Source: Squalus acanthias
Taxonomy: Eukaryota
Assembly (NCBI GenBank): GCA_030390025.1
Contig: CM059432.1
Coordinates: forward strand, 3,472,001-3,536,000
Length of the DNA stretch: 64,000 nucleotides
Direction of reading: 5' to 3'
The notes under the pieces: model-generated
The model's input: only the letters and a program-made list of their open reading frames with translations
What the model was told of the DNA's origin: nothing
The model's database searches: none
In this document: positions 22,655-35,365 of the stretch, piece by piece
How the letters are laid out: every line of letters begins with the position of its first letter
How positions within the stretch are numbered: the first letter of the stretch is position 1
Translations under genes and position numbers: made by a program

Positions 22655-23965
22655 AATTGCACAGATGTTATGGCACAGAAACAGGCCATTCGGCCCAACA
22701 GGTCCGTGCCGGTGTTTATGCTCCACACGAGCTTCTTCCTACCTTACTTGAGCTCACCCCATCTGCATGTCCTTCTATTCCCTTCACATGAGCCTCCTCC
22801 CACCCTTCTTCATCTCACCCCATCAGCATAGCCTTCTATTCCTTTCTCCCTCGTGTGTTTATCTAGCTTCCCCTTAAATGCACCTCTGCGAGTCACCTCA
22901 ACCACTCCCTGTGGTGGCGAGTTCCACATTCTCACCACTCTCTTAATCGTACTCAATTGGCTGTCAAGCGCTTTGGGACGTCCTGAGGTCGTGAAGGACG
23001 CTGTGTAAATGCAAGCCGTTCTTTCTGAGCGAAGATGTTGACACACCTGTGCGATTGTACCAGAGAGCGGTGGACAATGCTCCCTGTCGGCTGCAGTACG
23101 TTCTGCGCGGCCTGTTTCTTTCAGTGCGCGCTCACTTTACATTTCTGTGCACGCGCGGTACTTGCAAAGTAAGAATCTCACGCCCAGCCTAGAGGGACCA
23201 TTGGTGGGGGAGCAGCAGTTACACCTGTGACTTCCTTGAATTTCCGCACCTGGTACGGCAGTGACAATCCCCCTGAGATTGCCCTGGCCGGCGCTCAAGA
23301 TGCTTGTTGACGTTTTCCCTTTGTGTGAAGTAAGACCAATCGAGGAGGACAAACTCTTCTGAACCGCCTGGGGATATTTACAGCAAGAGTTGGCGCTCAC
23401 ACTGAAATACAGGAGAAGGAAATTCTTCTCGGTCAGATTGCAGAAGGCGCTGCAACTGTGACTTAGAATCAGTTGGGAACGCAGAATATTTACCGCCTTT
23501 CTGTTTTTCTAACAATATAAGAAACAGGAGCAGGAGTCGGCCATTCGGCCCCTCGAGCCATTCAATAAGATCATGGCTGATCATCGACCTCAACCCCACT
23601 TTCCCGCCCGATCTCCATATCCCTCGATTCCCCTAGAGTCCAAAAATCTATCGATCTCAGCCCTGAATATACTCAACGACTCAGCATCCACAGCCTCTGG
23701 GGCAGAGAATTCCAAAGATTCACAATCCTCTGAGTGAAGAAATTCCTCCTCATCTCAGTCTTAAATGGCTGACCTCTTATGCTGAGACTGTGCCCCCTAG
23801 TACCAGACTCACCAGCCAGAGGAAAACAATCTCTCAGCATCTACCCTGTCAATCCCCTTCAGAATCTTGTATGTTTTAATGAGATCACCTCTCATTCTTC
23901 TAAATTCCAGTGAGTTTAGGCCCATTCTACTCAATCTCTCCTCATAGGACAACCCTCTCATCCTA
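22655..23965 (-). mobile_element. CR1 3' fragments (22655-22945 and 23515-23965) around a SINE tail, a MITE and unique DNA
   Basis: RVVRMWNSPPQGVVE and GLSYEERLSRMGLNSLEFRRMRGDLI motifs. Confidence 0.75.
23075..23203. mobile_element. hAT-type MITE, degenerate
   Basis: TIRs CAATGCTCCCT / AGGGACCATTG; 8-bp flanks GCGGTGGA / GTGGGGGA; internally similar to 60706-60880. Confidence 0.65.
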
Positions 23966-24019
23966 GGTTTTCTGACATCATTTTCATTTTGTTTGTGCCT
24001 CAATCCAGACTGGAGACTA

Positions 24020-24720
24020 TGGGCTAGAAATTGGATCGCACTGTGCCCGGGGGATCCAATATGGCAGACGGCTGTGCGCACGCTCATTCTGAGCCAGAAG
24101 CGCGCCGTTCGCCAAACTGGATGGGGCTGCACGATCGGCGTGACTCTGGTGTTAGGCCCTGTGCTGATGATGCACCTCGGGGGGGGGGGGGGGGGGGCGA
24201 GGGGGGCCTAACGCCTGCTTTAAGCCCCCTTTTGAGAAGTTCGATTCTGACTGACGGCGTGAGGTCGTTTATATCGGGCGCACAGCAGCCAAACCAGGGG
24301 TCCTTCAAGGGGGACCGCTGGAGGCTACCACCCCAAAAAGTAAGATCCAAGTTTTGTTTTTACTCTCCTTACGGTGGAGAGAGGAGGAGCAAGAGTGTTC
24401 CTCCCGGCACCACATTAAAACCGTGGGCCGGTACTCACCCACGCCCTCCCCCCATCCCCTACCCACCCAGGGCTCTCCTGGGGCCCTCGGCCAGTTTCAA
24501 TCTTGCTGCTCCCTCCCCCTCTGTGACTGGCAAGCTATTTCTGACGCCGATACTAATCTAATGAGTCCGGTGGACCAATTTTCTGCGATTCAACGGTTAC
24601 ATTTCTAACGTAAAATTTCAATGCAAAAAACCCCCTGTAGCCCACATTCATTGCGCCAGTTTGCCGCAGTTTAAGTGGTGAGCGCCACACGCTTCAGCCT
24701 CGAGGCAGAGGTCACACAGG
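24020..24720. mobile_element. Harbinger-like MITE remnant; right end not defined
   Basis: Starts GGGCTAGAAATTG like the other Harbinger TIRs here; CpG-rich interior. Confidence 0.4.
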
Positions 24721-24734
24721 ACCTCATTATAGAA

Positions 24735-25578
24735 CAAACTTGCATTTGGAAAGTCCTCAGGATGTCCAAAAGTGCGTTACAGCCAATGAAGTACTTTTTG
24801 AAGTGTAGTCACTGTTGTAATGTAGAAAACGCGGCAGCCAATTTGCGCACAGCAAGCTCCCACAAACAGCAATGTGATAATGACCAGATCATCTGTTTTT
24901 TAGTGATGCTGATTGCGGGATAAATATTGGCCTTGGAGGGCAGAGGGGGCCTTGGATTAAACGTCTCATCCGAAAGACGGCACCTCTGACAGTACGGCAC
25001 TCCCTCAATACTGACCCTCCGACAGTGCAGCGCTCCCTCAGTACTGCCTCTCCGACAGTGCGGCGCTCCCTCAGTACTGCCCCTCCGACAGTGCGGCGCT
25101 CCCTCAGTACTGCCCCTCTGACAGTGCGGCGCTCCCTCAGTACTGCCCCTCCGACAGTGCAGCGCTCCCTCAGTAATGCCCCTCCGACAGTGCGGCGCTC
25201 CCTCAGTACTGCCCCTCCGACAGTGCGGCGCTCCCTCAGTACCGCCCCTCCGACAGTGCGGCACTCCCTCAGTACTGCCCCTCTGACAGTGCGGCGCTCC
25301 CTCAGTACTGCCCCTCCGACAGTGCAGCGCTCCCTCAGTACTGCCCCTCCGACAGTGCGGCGCTCCCTCAGTACTGCCCCTCCGACAGTGCGGCGCTCCC
25401 TCTGTACTGCCCCTCCGACAGTGCGGCCCTCCCTCAGTACCGCCCCTCCGACAGTGCGGCGCTCCCTCAGTACTGCACTGGGAGCGTCGGTCTCGATTTT
25501 GTGCTCGAGTCTCTGGAGTGGGGCTTTGAACCCACGACCTTCTGACTCAGAGGCAGGAGTGCTGCCCACTGAGCCACG
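24735..25578 (-). mobile_element. Deu-domain SINE containing an internal minisatellite
   Basis: A and B boxes at the right end, SINE tail at the left end, tandem array between. Confidence 0.85.
24983..25475. repeat. 33-bp minisatellite, 15 units (CCCTCCGACAGTGCGGCGCTCCCTCAGTACTGC)
   Basis: GACAGT recurs every 33 bp from 24988 to 25450; this explains the 11-aa-repeat ORFs. Confidence 0.95.
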
Positions 25579-26116
25579 GTTGAAACCGCACTGGGTACGT
25601 GCCGCTTCCGTTGCACCGGGATTGTAGGTTTATATGTTGGAAATAAAAGTCCTCGGATTACCAGCTGTTTATATAAAGAAATGGTGAAGGGCTAGCTGAG
25701 TCAACACTTCCCCTTAGGCAGAAGGCTTGTCATCTTTTGTATTCATGCATTTTCATGGTGCCTCTTTGTTCAATCACATTAATCTTTAACTTGCTTGACT
25801 GAGGAAAATCATAATTCTCAGAGTTAAACAGTGCAATCTCTTGTAACTTGTGTTTACCATGTCTGGCACATACTCCACATTCTCACAAGAATCAAGCCCT
25901 TCATTGTTTTTAAATTGTGTTTGCTAATGCACTCTGTGCCTGTTACAGTTCACCACAGACCTCCGATCACCCATCGTTTCAAACATTTACATCTACAGAA
26001 AGTATTATGTCTTCCTGAGCAGGCTCATTTCTAATTGTAAGCCCTTTTACCGTATAAGGATGATGGTACCCAATATGTGTAGTCTACAAATCGCTTTAGA
26101 ATAATTCAGTAACTTA

Positions 26117-26371
26117 CAGGAAACTCTTTTTATCCGGCACCGACGGGACCGGCGTGGTGCCGGTTGATCAAAAAGTCCGGATTAGAGGTATACTTACCAA
26201 GCCCCGTACACGGCCACAGGTGCAGGAACACCGGTTACACGGCCACAGGTGCAGGAACCCCGGTTACACGGCCACTAATATATAGTAAAACTTACCTGAG
26301 CCTACTCCTGAATTTTGCCGGTTAAGAGAGATTTCCGGATATTTAGGTGTCGGTTAAAAGAGAGTTTCCTG
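26117..26371. mobile_element. Tc1/mariner (pogo/Tigger-like) MITE
   Basis: TIRs of about 25 bp (CAGGAAACTCT...), TA on both flanks, internal 29-bp tandem repeat. Confidence 0.8.
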
Positions 26372-26377
26372 TATTAC

Positions 26378-26845
26378 ATAGAATTATACAGCACAGAAAC
26401 AGGCCATTCGGCCCAACTGCTCCATGCCGGTGTTTACACTCCACACGAGCCTCCTCCACCCCCTCTTCATCTCACCCCATCAACATAACCTTCTAGTCCT
26501 TTTCTCCCTCATGTGTTTATCCAGCTTCCCCTTAAATGCATCTATACTATTCGCCTCAACCACTCCCTGTGCTAGCGAGTTCCACATTCTCACCACTCTC
26601 TGGGTAAAGAAGTTTCTCCTGAATCCTTATTGGATTTATTAGTGACTATCTTATCGAACCCCTTCATAATTTGTAGAGAAAAGAGCCCCAGCCTGTTCAA
26701 CCTTTCCTGATAAGCATATCCTCTCAGTTCCGTATATTGAATCATAAAATCATAGAAAACTACAGCACGGAAGGAGGCCATTCGGCCCGTTGTGCCTGTG
26801 CTGGCTCTTTGGAAGAGCAGTCATGCTCAGTCCCACATCCCCGCT
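26378..26845 (-). mobile_element. CR1 3' fragments
   Basis: YQERLNRLGLFSL motif and CR1 3' UTRs. Confidence 0.75.
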
Positions 26846-27147
26846 TTTATGCAGTATATTCATTTTGTACTCTATCCGTCCCATATTGTAAATTCTCCAC
26901 TGCTAGTGTATTGTCTGGCTTGCTAAATGTTGTGCCCGGTTAATATGGGCCAGATCTCTTATCTTACTGGACTTTGCTCTGCTCAGTCCAACACCCTTAT
27001 CTCTGGCTGTTCATTATCCTTTTCGGCTTTTACATTAAACCTAATTTGGTTGTGGTCGCTTTTTCCCTCGTGCTCTTATTCTCACATCAGTTATTTGTCG
27101 CACTTCATTCCCCAGACCCAATATCAAACAATGTGTGTTGACTGTTG

Positions 27148-27809
27148 CGGTTAAGAAGGCAAATGGTATGTTGGCCTTCATAGCGAGAGGATTCGAGTAC
27201 AGGAGCAAGGATGTCTTGCTGCAGTTGTACAGGGCCTTGGTGAGACCACACCTTGAGTATTGTGTGCAGTTTTGGTCGCCTTATCTGAGGAAGGATGTTC
27301 TTGCCATGGAGGGAGTGCAGCGAAGATTCACCAGGCTGATACCTGGGATGGCAGGAATGACGTATGAGAGAGATTGGGTCGATTAGGCGTATATTCGCTA
27401 GAGTTTAGAAGAATGAGAGGGGATCTCATTGAAACTTATAAAATTCTAACAGGACTAGACAGACTAGATGCAGGAAGGCTGTTCCCGATGGCGGGTGAGT
27501 CCAGTCCAGGGGTCACAGTCTAAGGATAAGGGGTAAGCCATTTAGGACTGAGATGAGGAGGAATTTCTTCACCCAGAGAGTGGTGAACCTGTGGAATTCT
27601 CTACCACACAAGGCAGTTGAGGCCAATTCATTAAATATATTCAAGACGGAGTTAGATATATTTCTTAAGGCTAAGGGGATCAAGGGATACGGGGAGAAAG
27701 CAGGGACAGGGTACTGAATTTGGATGATCAGCCATGATCGCACTGAATGGCGGAGCAGGCTCGAGGGGCCGAATGGCCTACTCCTGCTCCTATCTTCTAT
27801 GTTTCTATG
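27148..27809 (+). mobile_element. CR1 3' fragment
   Basis: VKKANGMLAFIARGFEYRSKDVLLQLYRALVRPHLEYCVQFWSP; close to 35995-37250. Confidence 0.9.
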
Positions 27810-27827
27810 ACTGAATGGCCTTGGTGT

Positions 27828-28054
27828 CTTCTTCTTAGGCAGTCCCTCGGAACCGAGGATGACTTGCTTCCACACTAAAAATGAGTTCTCAGGTGTCTGA
27901 TGAGTCCAATGCGGGACCTACAGTCTCTGTCACAGGTGGGGCAGACGGTGGTTGAAGGGGCGGGTGGGTGGGGTGCTTGGGTTGACGTGCGCTCCTTCCG
28001 CTGTTTGCGCTTGGCTTCCGCTTGCTCCCGGCGAAGAGACTCGAGGTATTCCGC
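27828..28054 (-). mobile_element. RTE LINE short 3' fragment
   Basis: Same 3' end as 19688-20474; 10-bp TSD GCCTTGGTGT (27818-27827, 28055-28064). Confidence 0.9.
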
Positions 28055-28557
28055 GCCTTGGTGTACTGCTCAGTTGCAGACGCCTTTTACAAATGGAGTT
28101 GTTGGGAGAAACGGTTAGCCTCGCAGTTCACAGAAGAAGAGATAGCTGGATGAGGCACTGCTGTGACCCAGATTGGGTCACCCGCTTCCGGAGGGGAAGG
28201 AGGGAGGTGGGGAGCGTTGCTCAGGTGAACAAACTTAGTCAGGAGAGGCCGCAATTTCCCAGCGTCCGTTGCTGCTGCGTCTTTCTCTGAGTTGACTGAC
28301 AGTGACCGCGTGCCATTGACTATCGGACTCGTGTCCCATTAATGCAGACACATTCCTGCCTTATCATAACCAGCCAACAGCAAACTAGAAATGTCAGCTC
28401 TGAATGCTTCGATGATTGGAGCACACTGAAGCTGAGTGAGCAGAACCTGTTCGTACCGGCGGCCGAGCAGAAGCTGCTCTTATGTTGCTTTAGTGAAGTC
28501 AGTGCCTCCTGGCCAATGGTCCCCCGAATTATTTTTCAGTGGGTGGCCCCTTTAACG

Positions 28558-29297
28558 GGCTCAGTGGGTAGCACACTTGCCTCGGAGTCAGAAGGTTGTG
28601 GGTTCAAGTCCCACTCCAATGAAACTTGAGAACATAAAGCTAGGCTGACACTCCAGTGCAGTGCTGAGGGAGCGCTGCAGTGTTGAAGGTGCCGTCTGTT
28701 GATGAGACGTTAAACCGAGGCCCCGTCTGCTCTCTCAGGTGGATGTAAAAGATCCCATGGCCACTATTTCGAAGAAGAGCAGGGGAGTTATCCCAGGTGT
28801 CCTGGCCAGTATTTATCCTTCAATCAACATCACTAAAAATAGATGATCTTTATTATTATCACACAGCTGTTTGTGGGAGCTTGCTGTGCGCAAATTGGCA
28901 GCCGTGTTTCCTACATTACAACAGTGACTGCACTTCAAAAGTACCATACTAGAGCCATCTTTTGTTTCTTAACTTGTCCCATTACCATCTCCTTTTGCCT
29001 CGCACCATCATCCCTTTTGTCAGTCAATCTCTCCTGCCTTCCATCCTATCACAGACCTTCCCTTTGTTCTTTCCTCCCCTCCTCCCTGCCTCTGCTTAAA
29101 AATCTCTCCTCCCTAACCTTCTCCAGTTCTGACGAAGGGTCCCCGACCCGAGACGTTGACTCTGTTTCTCCTCCTCGATGCTGCCTGACCTGCTGAGTGT
29201 TTCCAGCACTTTCTGTTGTTACTTCAAAAGTACTTCATTGGCTGTAAAGCACATTCGGACATCTGGTGGTCGTGAAAGGCGCTATATAAATGCAAGC
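28558..29297 (+). mobile_element. Deu-domain SINE interrupted by a Penelope fragment
   Basis: A and B boxes, Deu motif; tail resumes at 29221. Confidence 0.85.
28945..29220 (+). mobile_element. Penelope pLTR fragment with a mutated hammerhead (GAGA in place of GAAA)
   Basis: Homologous to about 57500-57800; 13-bp TSD ACTTCAAAAGTAC (28932-28944, 29221-29233). Confidence 0.8.
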
Positions 29298-29844
29298 CAC
29301 AGTGCCACGGGTTGTTAAATGGCTCAAGTTTCTGGAATTAAGTGGCACAGAGAATTGCATGTTGTGATATATCCATTGAGATAGACGAACAAGATTTTCT
29401 TTAATGAAAGAGAGTTCACACAAGATATGGCCAAAACTTCTTTCTAAGACACCTATGATTGTTGACAAGGAAACTGTTTACTTTTGGGCTTAATGGCCCA
29501 ATGTTAACAAAATGGGTTCCAAGAAACTACTGTTCAATGACCTTTATGTTCCCATTTAGTTTAAAAGTTATGAGTCGGAATGGACAAGCTACGTAGGGGG
29601 ATCCATGACAAACCTCCCAGCAGGCCGGAAACATCCGTGGGCCGACTCGCTTTGTTGCAAGGTATAATCTAAGTTTCTGAAATGTGAAATGATTACAGCT
29701 GCAGTCTGCTGTTAGCTAGAATAAGGTTAAAAATAAGTTGTGTGTATCTATGTATAAATAAACAAGAATCCATCTAGAACTCTTACAGAAGAATTCTCTG
29801 CATTTATTTTTAGAGAATAAAAATAATAATAGGATAGATGGAGA

Positions 29845-30640
29845 GAAGATGTGGGGGAGTCCAAGACTGGGGGGGGGCCATAAAAAGAAAAAAAGAAAAT
29901 ATAAGATAATCACTAATAAATCCAATCGGGAATTCGGGAGAAACTTCTTTACCCAGAGAGTGGGGAGAATGTGGAACTCGCTACCACAGGGAGAGGCTGA
30001 GGCGAATCACGTAGATACATTTAAGGGGAAGCTAGGTAAGAAAGAAAGACTTGCATTTCTATAGTGCCTTTCACGACCACCGGATGTCACAAAGTGCTTT
30101 ACAGCCAATGAAGTACATCACTGTTGTAATGTGGGAAATGCAGCAGCCAATTTGCACACAGCAAATCCCACAAACAGCAATGTGCTGATGACCAGATAAT
30201 CTGTTTGTGTTATGTTGGTTGAGGGAAACATATTGGCCCAGGACACCAGGGGATAATTCCCCTGCTCTTCTTCGAAATAGTGCCCTGGGATCTTTTACGT
30301 CCACCCGAGGGAGCAGACGGGGCCTCAGTTTAACATCTCATCCGAAAGACGGCACCCCCGACAGTGCAGCGCTTCCTCAGCCCTGCACTGGAGTGTACAG
30401 CCTAGCTTTATGTGTTCCCATCCCTGGAGTGGGACTGTGAACCCACAACCTTCTGACTCTAGAGGCAAGTGTGCTACCCACTGAGCCACAGCTGACACTG
30501 TAAGTGCATGAAGGAGAAATGAATAGAAGGATCTGTTGATGGGGTGAGATGAAGAGGGGTGGGAGGAGGCTCGTGTGGAGCATAAACACCGGCACGGACC
30601 AGTTGGACCGAATGGCCTGTTTCGATGCTGTAAATTCTAT
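29845..30640. mobile_element. CR1 3' fragment (+) interrupted by a full-length Deu SINE (-, 30040-30498)
   Basis: RNFFTQRVGRMWNSLPQG motif; SINE boxes on the minus strand. Confidence 0.8.
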
Positions 30641-30854
30641 GGAATTTATCAGAGGTTCCACAGACATCGCATACAAGGAGTGAAGTTGGGGTATTTGAGG
30701 GGGGCCACAGAAAATATTAGTAAAGCATATTTCCTGTGACCTGCTATCCCAAGGCCATTTAAACTCATGCCTGCAGCCCTGTCTTTCTGTGGGACACCGC
30801 CGGAGAGTAAAAGCATACCATGGAAAATACATCGGATTACATCGATACACGACA

Positions 30855-33285
30855 CGCAAACAGGCCATTCGGCCCAACCAGTCCATGCCGGTGTTTATGC
30901 TCCACTCGAGCCTCCTCCCGTCTTTCCTCATCTAAATCTATCAGCATAACCCTCTATTCCCTTCTCCCTCATATGCTTGTCCAGCCTCCCCTTAAATGCA
31001 TCTATACTATTCGCTTCAACCACTCCCTGTGGTAGAGAGATCCACATTCTCACCACTCTCTGGGTAAAGAAGTTTCTTCTGAATTCCCTATTGGATTTCT
31101 TGGTGACTATCTTATATTGATGGCCTCTAGTTATGTTCTTCCCCACAAGTGGAAACATTCTCTCTGTATCCACTCTATCAAAACCTCTCATAATCTTAAA
31201 GACCACTATTAGGTCACCCCTCAGCCTTCTTTTTTCAAGAGAAAAGACTCCCAACCTGTTCATCCTTTCCTGATAGGTATACCCTCGCATTTCTGGTATC
31301 ATCCTTGTAAATCTTCTCTGCACCCACTCCAGTGCCTCTATATTCTTTTTATAATATAGCAATCAGAACTGTACGCAGTACTCTAAGTGTGGTCTAACCA
31401 AGGTTCGATACAGGTTTAGCATAACTTCCCTACTTTTCAATTCTATACCTCTGGAAATAAACCCCAGTGCTTGGTTTGCTTTTTTTATGGCCTTGCTCAC
31501 CTGTGTTGCAACTTTTAGTGATTTGTGTATTTATACTCTGAGATCCGTTTGTTCCTCTACCCCACCTAGACTCGCACCCTCCAAGTAATAAGTGACCTCC
31601 CTGTTCTTCCTACCAAAATGTAATACCTCACATTTATCTGTGTGGAACTTCATTTGCCAATTATATGCCCATTCTGCAAGTTTATTAAAGTCCCCCTGTA
31701 ACTTGTTGCAGTCCTCCTCAGTATTGACTATCCCCCCCAATTTGGTGTCATCCGTAAATTTAGAAATTGTGTTTTTGATTCCAACGTTTAAATCATTAAT
31801 GTAAATTGTGAACAGTGGTCCCAGCACTGATCCTTGTGGAACACCACTACCCACCTTCTGCCACTGTGAATAGCTAACCTTTACTCCGGCTCTCTGCTTT
31901 CTGTCCTGAAGCCAGCCAGCAATCCATTCTGCTACTTGTCCCCTGACTCCGCATTCTCTGACCTTGTTCATCAGTCTATTATGGGGTACCTTATCGAAGG
32001 CCTTTTGAAAATCTAGATAAATTACCTCTACTGCATTACCCTTGTCTACTTTCTCTGTCACCTCTTCAAAAAATTCACTAAGGTTGGTCAAGCAAGACTT
32101 TCCCTTTTGAAATCCATGCTGACTATTCCTTATTATATTTTTGGTTTCTAGATGTTCTTCTATTTTCTCCTTTAGTAGGGATTCCATGTTAAGCTGACTG
32201 GTCTATAATTCCCTGGCCATGTTCTATCCCCCTTCTTAAATATAGGTATTACGTTAGCTATCCACCAGTCCTCTGGCACTACACCTTTTTCTAACGAATT
32301 ACTAAATATGTGTAGTAATGCCTCTGCTATCTCTTCCCTAGATTCTTTTAAAATGCATGGATGCAATCCATCCGGACCAAGGGTTTTATCCTCTGAGTTT
32401 GATTAGTTTATTTAATATATCCCCTCTTTATTTTAAATGCGCTTATCTCATTACTAATCTCATCATCCAATGTCATGTCCACCTGTTCTATCTCCCTGGT
32501 AAATACTGAAGCAAAATAATTATTTAATATTTCTATCATCGCTCTATTGTTACCTGTGGTATTATCCTGTCTATCCCTTAATGGCCCTATTTCCATCCCA
32601 ACCTTCCTTTTTTTATTGATGTGCCTGTAAAATATTTTACTCTTTTGTTTTATGTTCCTTGATAATTTAATTTCATAGTTCCTCTTTGCCTTTCTAATTG
32701 TTTTTTTGACTTCTCTCCTAATCTCTTTGTATTCTCCCTTATCATGCACTCCCCTGCTGTCCATGTACTTAATGTCTGCCTCTTTCCTTACCCTCAATTG
32801 TTCCCTTATGGCTTTATTCATCCATGGAGTCTCATTAGTGTTTAGTTTGTTCTTTCCTTTTAGCGGAATATATTCTTCCTGCACCCTGTTGAACAACCTT
32901 TTAAATGTTTCCCATTGCTGTTCTGCATCATTGTTTGCCAATATTGGTGCCCATTTTATTTTCCCAAGTTCTATTCTCAGTCCCTTAAAATCAGCTTTTC
33001 TCCAATCTATTAACTTGGTTTTCATCATACTTATATCCTTCTCAATTATCATCTTAAAGTGTATTATATTATGGCCACTATTGCCTAGATGTTCCCCTAC
33101 TTTTACTTCTCTTATCTGCTCTGGTTCATTCCCCATTACTAGATCCAATAGCGAATCCTCCCTTGTTGGGCTTTTTACATATTGGGTTAGAAAGGAGTCA
33201 TGTACACATTGTAGGAACTCCATTTCCTTATTCCCTTTACCTACTTCTTCAGTCTAATTAATATTGGGGTAGTTGAAATCCCCCA
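30855..33285 (-). mobile_element. CR1 LINE ORF2 (endonuclease end, RT) and 3' UTR, disrupted
   Basis: ORFs 32408-33223, 32172-32366, 31531-32187, 30928-31362: [44 protein letters not shown]. Confidence 0.92.
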
Positions 33286-33546
33286 TCAAACCAAGGTGAC
33301 ATTTTCTCTGCTGGCATTACAAGGAAAAAGCACAATTAGATGACAGACTGTTACTTCTGTTGACCTACCTCTTAATAATGCTGCATTTCCTACATTACAA
33401 CAGTGACTGCACTTCAAAAAGTACTTCATTGGCTGTAAAGCACTTTGGATATCCTGAGGTCATCAAAGGTGCTATAGAAATGCAAGTCTTTCTTTCTTTT
33501 AAATAAATACAAGTTATTTATCGGGCCCACAGTTTGAAAAAGGGAT

Positions 33547-34013
33547 CAGCCGTGACTCAGTGGGTAGCACCCTCGCCTCTGAGTCAGAAGGGCGTGGGTT
33601 CAAGTCCTACTCCAGAGACTTGAGCACATAAATCTAGGCTGACACTCCAGTGCAGTGCTGAGGGAGCGCTGCACTGTCGGAGGTGCCGTCTTTTGGATGA
33701 GACGTTAAACCGAGGCCCCGTCTGCTCTCTCAGTTGGACGTAAAAGATCCCATGGCACTATTTTGAAGAAGAGCAGGTGGAGTTATCCCCGGTGTCCTGG
33801 GCCAATATTTATCCCTCAATCAATATCGCTAAACCAAATTATCTGGTCATTATCACATTGCTGTTTGTGGGAGCTTGCTGTGCGCAAATTGGCTGCTACG
33901 TTTCCTACATTACAACAGTGACTGCACTTCAAAAAGTACTTCATGGGCTGTAAAGCGCTTTGGGACGTCCGGTGGTCGTGAAAGGCGCTATAGAAATGCA
34001 AGTCTTTCTTTCT
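33547..34013 (+). mobile_element. Full-length Deu-domain SINE
   Basis: A and B boxes, Deu motif, L2-like tail. Confidence 0.88.
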
Positions 34014-35365
34014 TTATATTGCTTTTGTTGTAAGACTGAAGTTCTACAAATCCAGGTTAGTGGTAATCACCATGATTGGATTCATGACACTTCTGAATTG
34101 CAATATATACATTCGCAAACGGAAGACCACAGTTTCATTCTTTTGCACAGGGTCCCAATAGAAACAAACTGCTTTTTGGTAGTTAGTTTTTTTTTATATT
34201 ACTTCTGGCTGTATGCACACACGCTACATAGATGTTTTGAAACAAATAAACGAGACTAAAAGTGAATGGGGTCTATAAGGGAACACTTCTAATCTCATTT
34301 ATCTCACTTATGAGAGATGCTTAGCGATTGACTGAACTGGATGGGGTGGGGTGGGGGGGAGATGAGTTATCAATCGTCTGTCTGCTGCTGGCCGATTGCA
34401 ACTGGTTAGAACATTTTCAATTATCTTGAGATTCTTGTATTTCCCCTCAGATAATTGGGCGCTGGACGACAAATTTAGTGGTGGTCTGGTTAAATTCAAT
34501 AAACGTCAAGAGAATCCAGCCTCACTTTATAATTTTCTTTGTGTACGTTTGTTCCATTTTTTGTTGTGGGAACACGCACTACTTTCACACTCCATTGGAG
34601 AAGTCAATCTGGCTGCCACTTGCATCACATTCGGAATCTGAAATTGTACGCTCCCAGTTAATATCGCTTGGCGCTCGGGAGGGGGAACATTTCATTTTGC
34701 GAGAATTGACATATTGGAGCACGAGCAAACAAATAAATGTGCACAAGAATGCCAAATAATAACGGTTCTGAATGCTTTCGCAAACACAAGTCAAGACCGC
34801 TCTGGGAAAATCATTAATATTAAAATAACATCATTATTCAGGGATAAAAAAACAACCCACATTACACTTTCAAATGAGGTAGAGTTAGAATACGTTCTTT
34901 TTTTTAATGCGTAGGATTTTGTTTATTCATTCAGGTGAGGGACATCAATGTTGGGAATGAGACATCTTTCCACTTGGTGCTCCTGATATAAGGATTAACC
35001 TTCCCAGGTCAGGTATGACATGGAGTAAAACCTGCCACAAATCTGCCCGAGCAATCTGCCTTAGCCGAAGCGTGATCCTTCCACCCCCCTAGTTCCCATT
35101 ACGAGGCAATCCCACATCCTGCCTCAGTGACATTGTTAATTTAGTTACAAATTGCGGTGAATTGTGGTTAGTTTTTGCTGGGGGCCCATTCCCATTAGGA
35201 ACTGGAATGTGACTGCTCAAACTCGCAATGGGTGAGTGCAGCTCCAACAACACTCAAAAAGGATGTTTTCTATGTTAAAGGTGCTATATAAATAAAAGTT
35301 GCTGTTGTTTTGTGTTTAAGAATATGTGGCAAAGTGAATACATAGGAACAGGAGGAGGCCATTCA

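Noticed and set aside
24809..25627. Long 11-aa-repeat ORFs and CRISPR-like periodicity
   Set aside because: Head-to-tail 33-bp units with no unique spacers, inside a SINE; the ORFs arise because the unit length is a multiple of 3 and lacks stops; no cas genes
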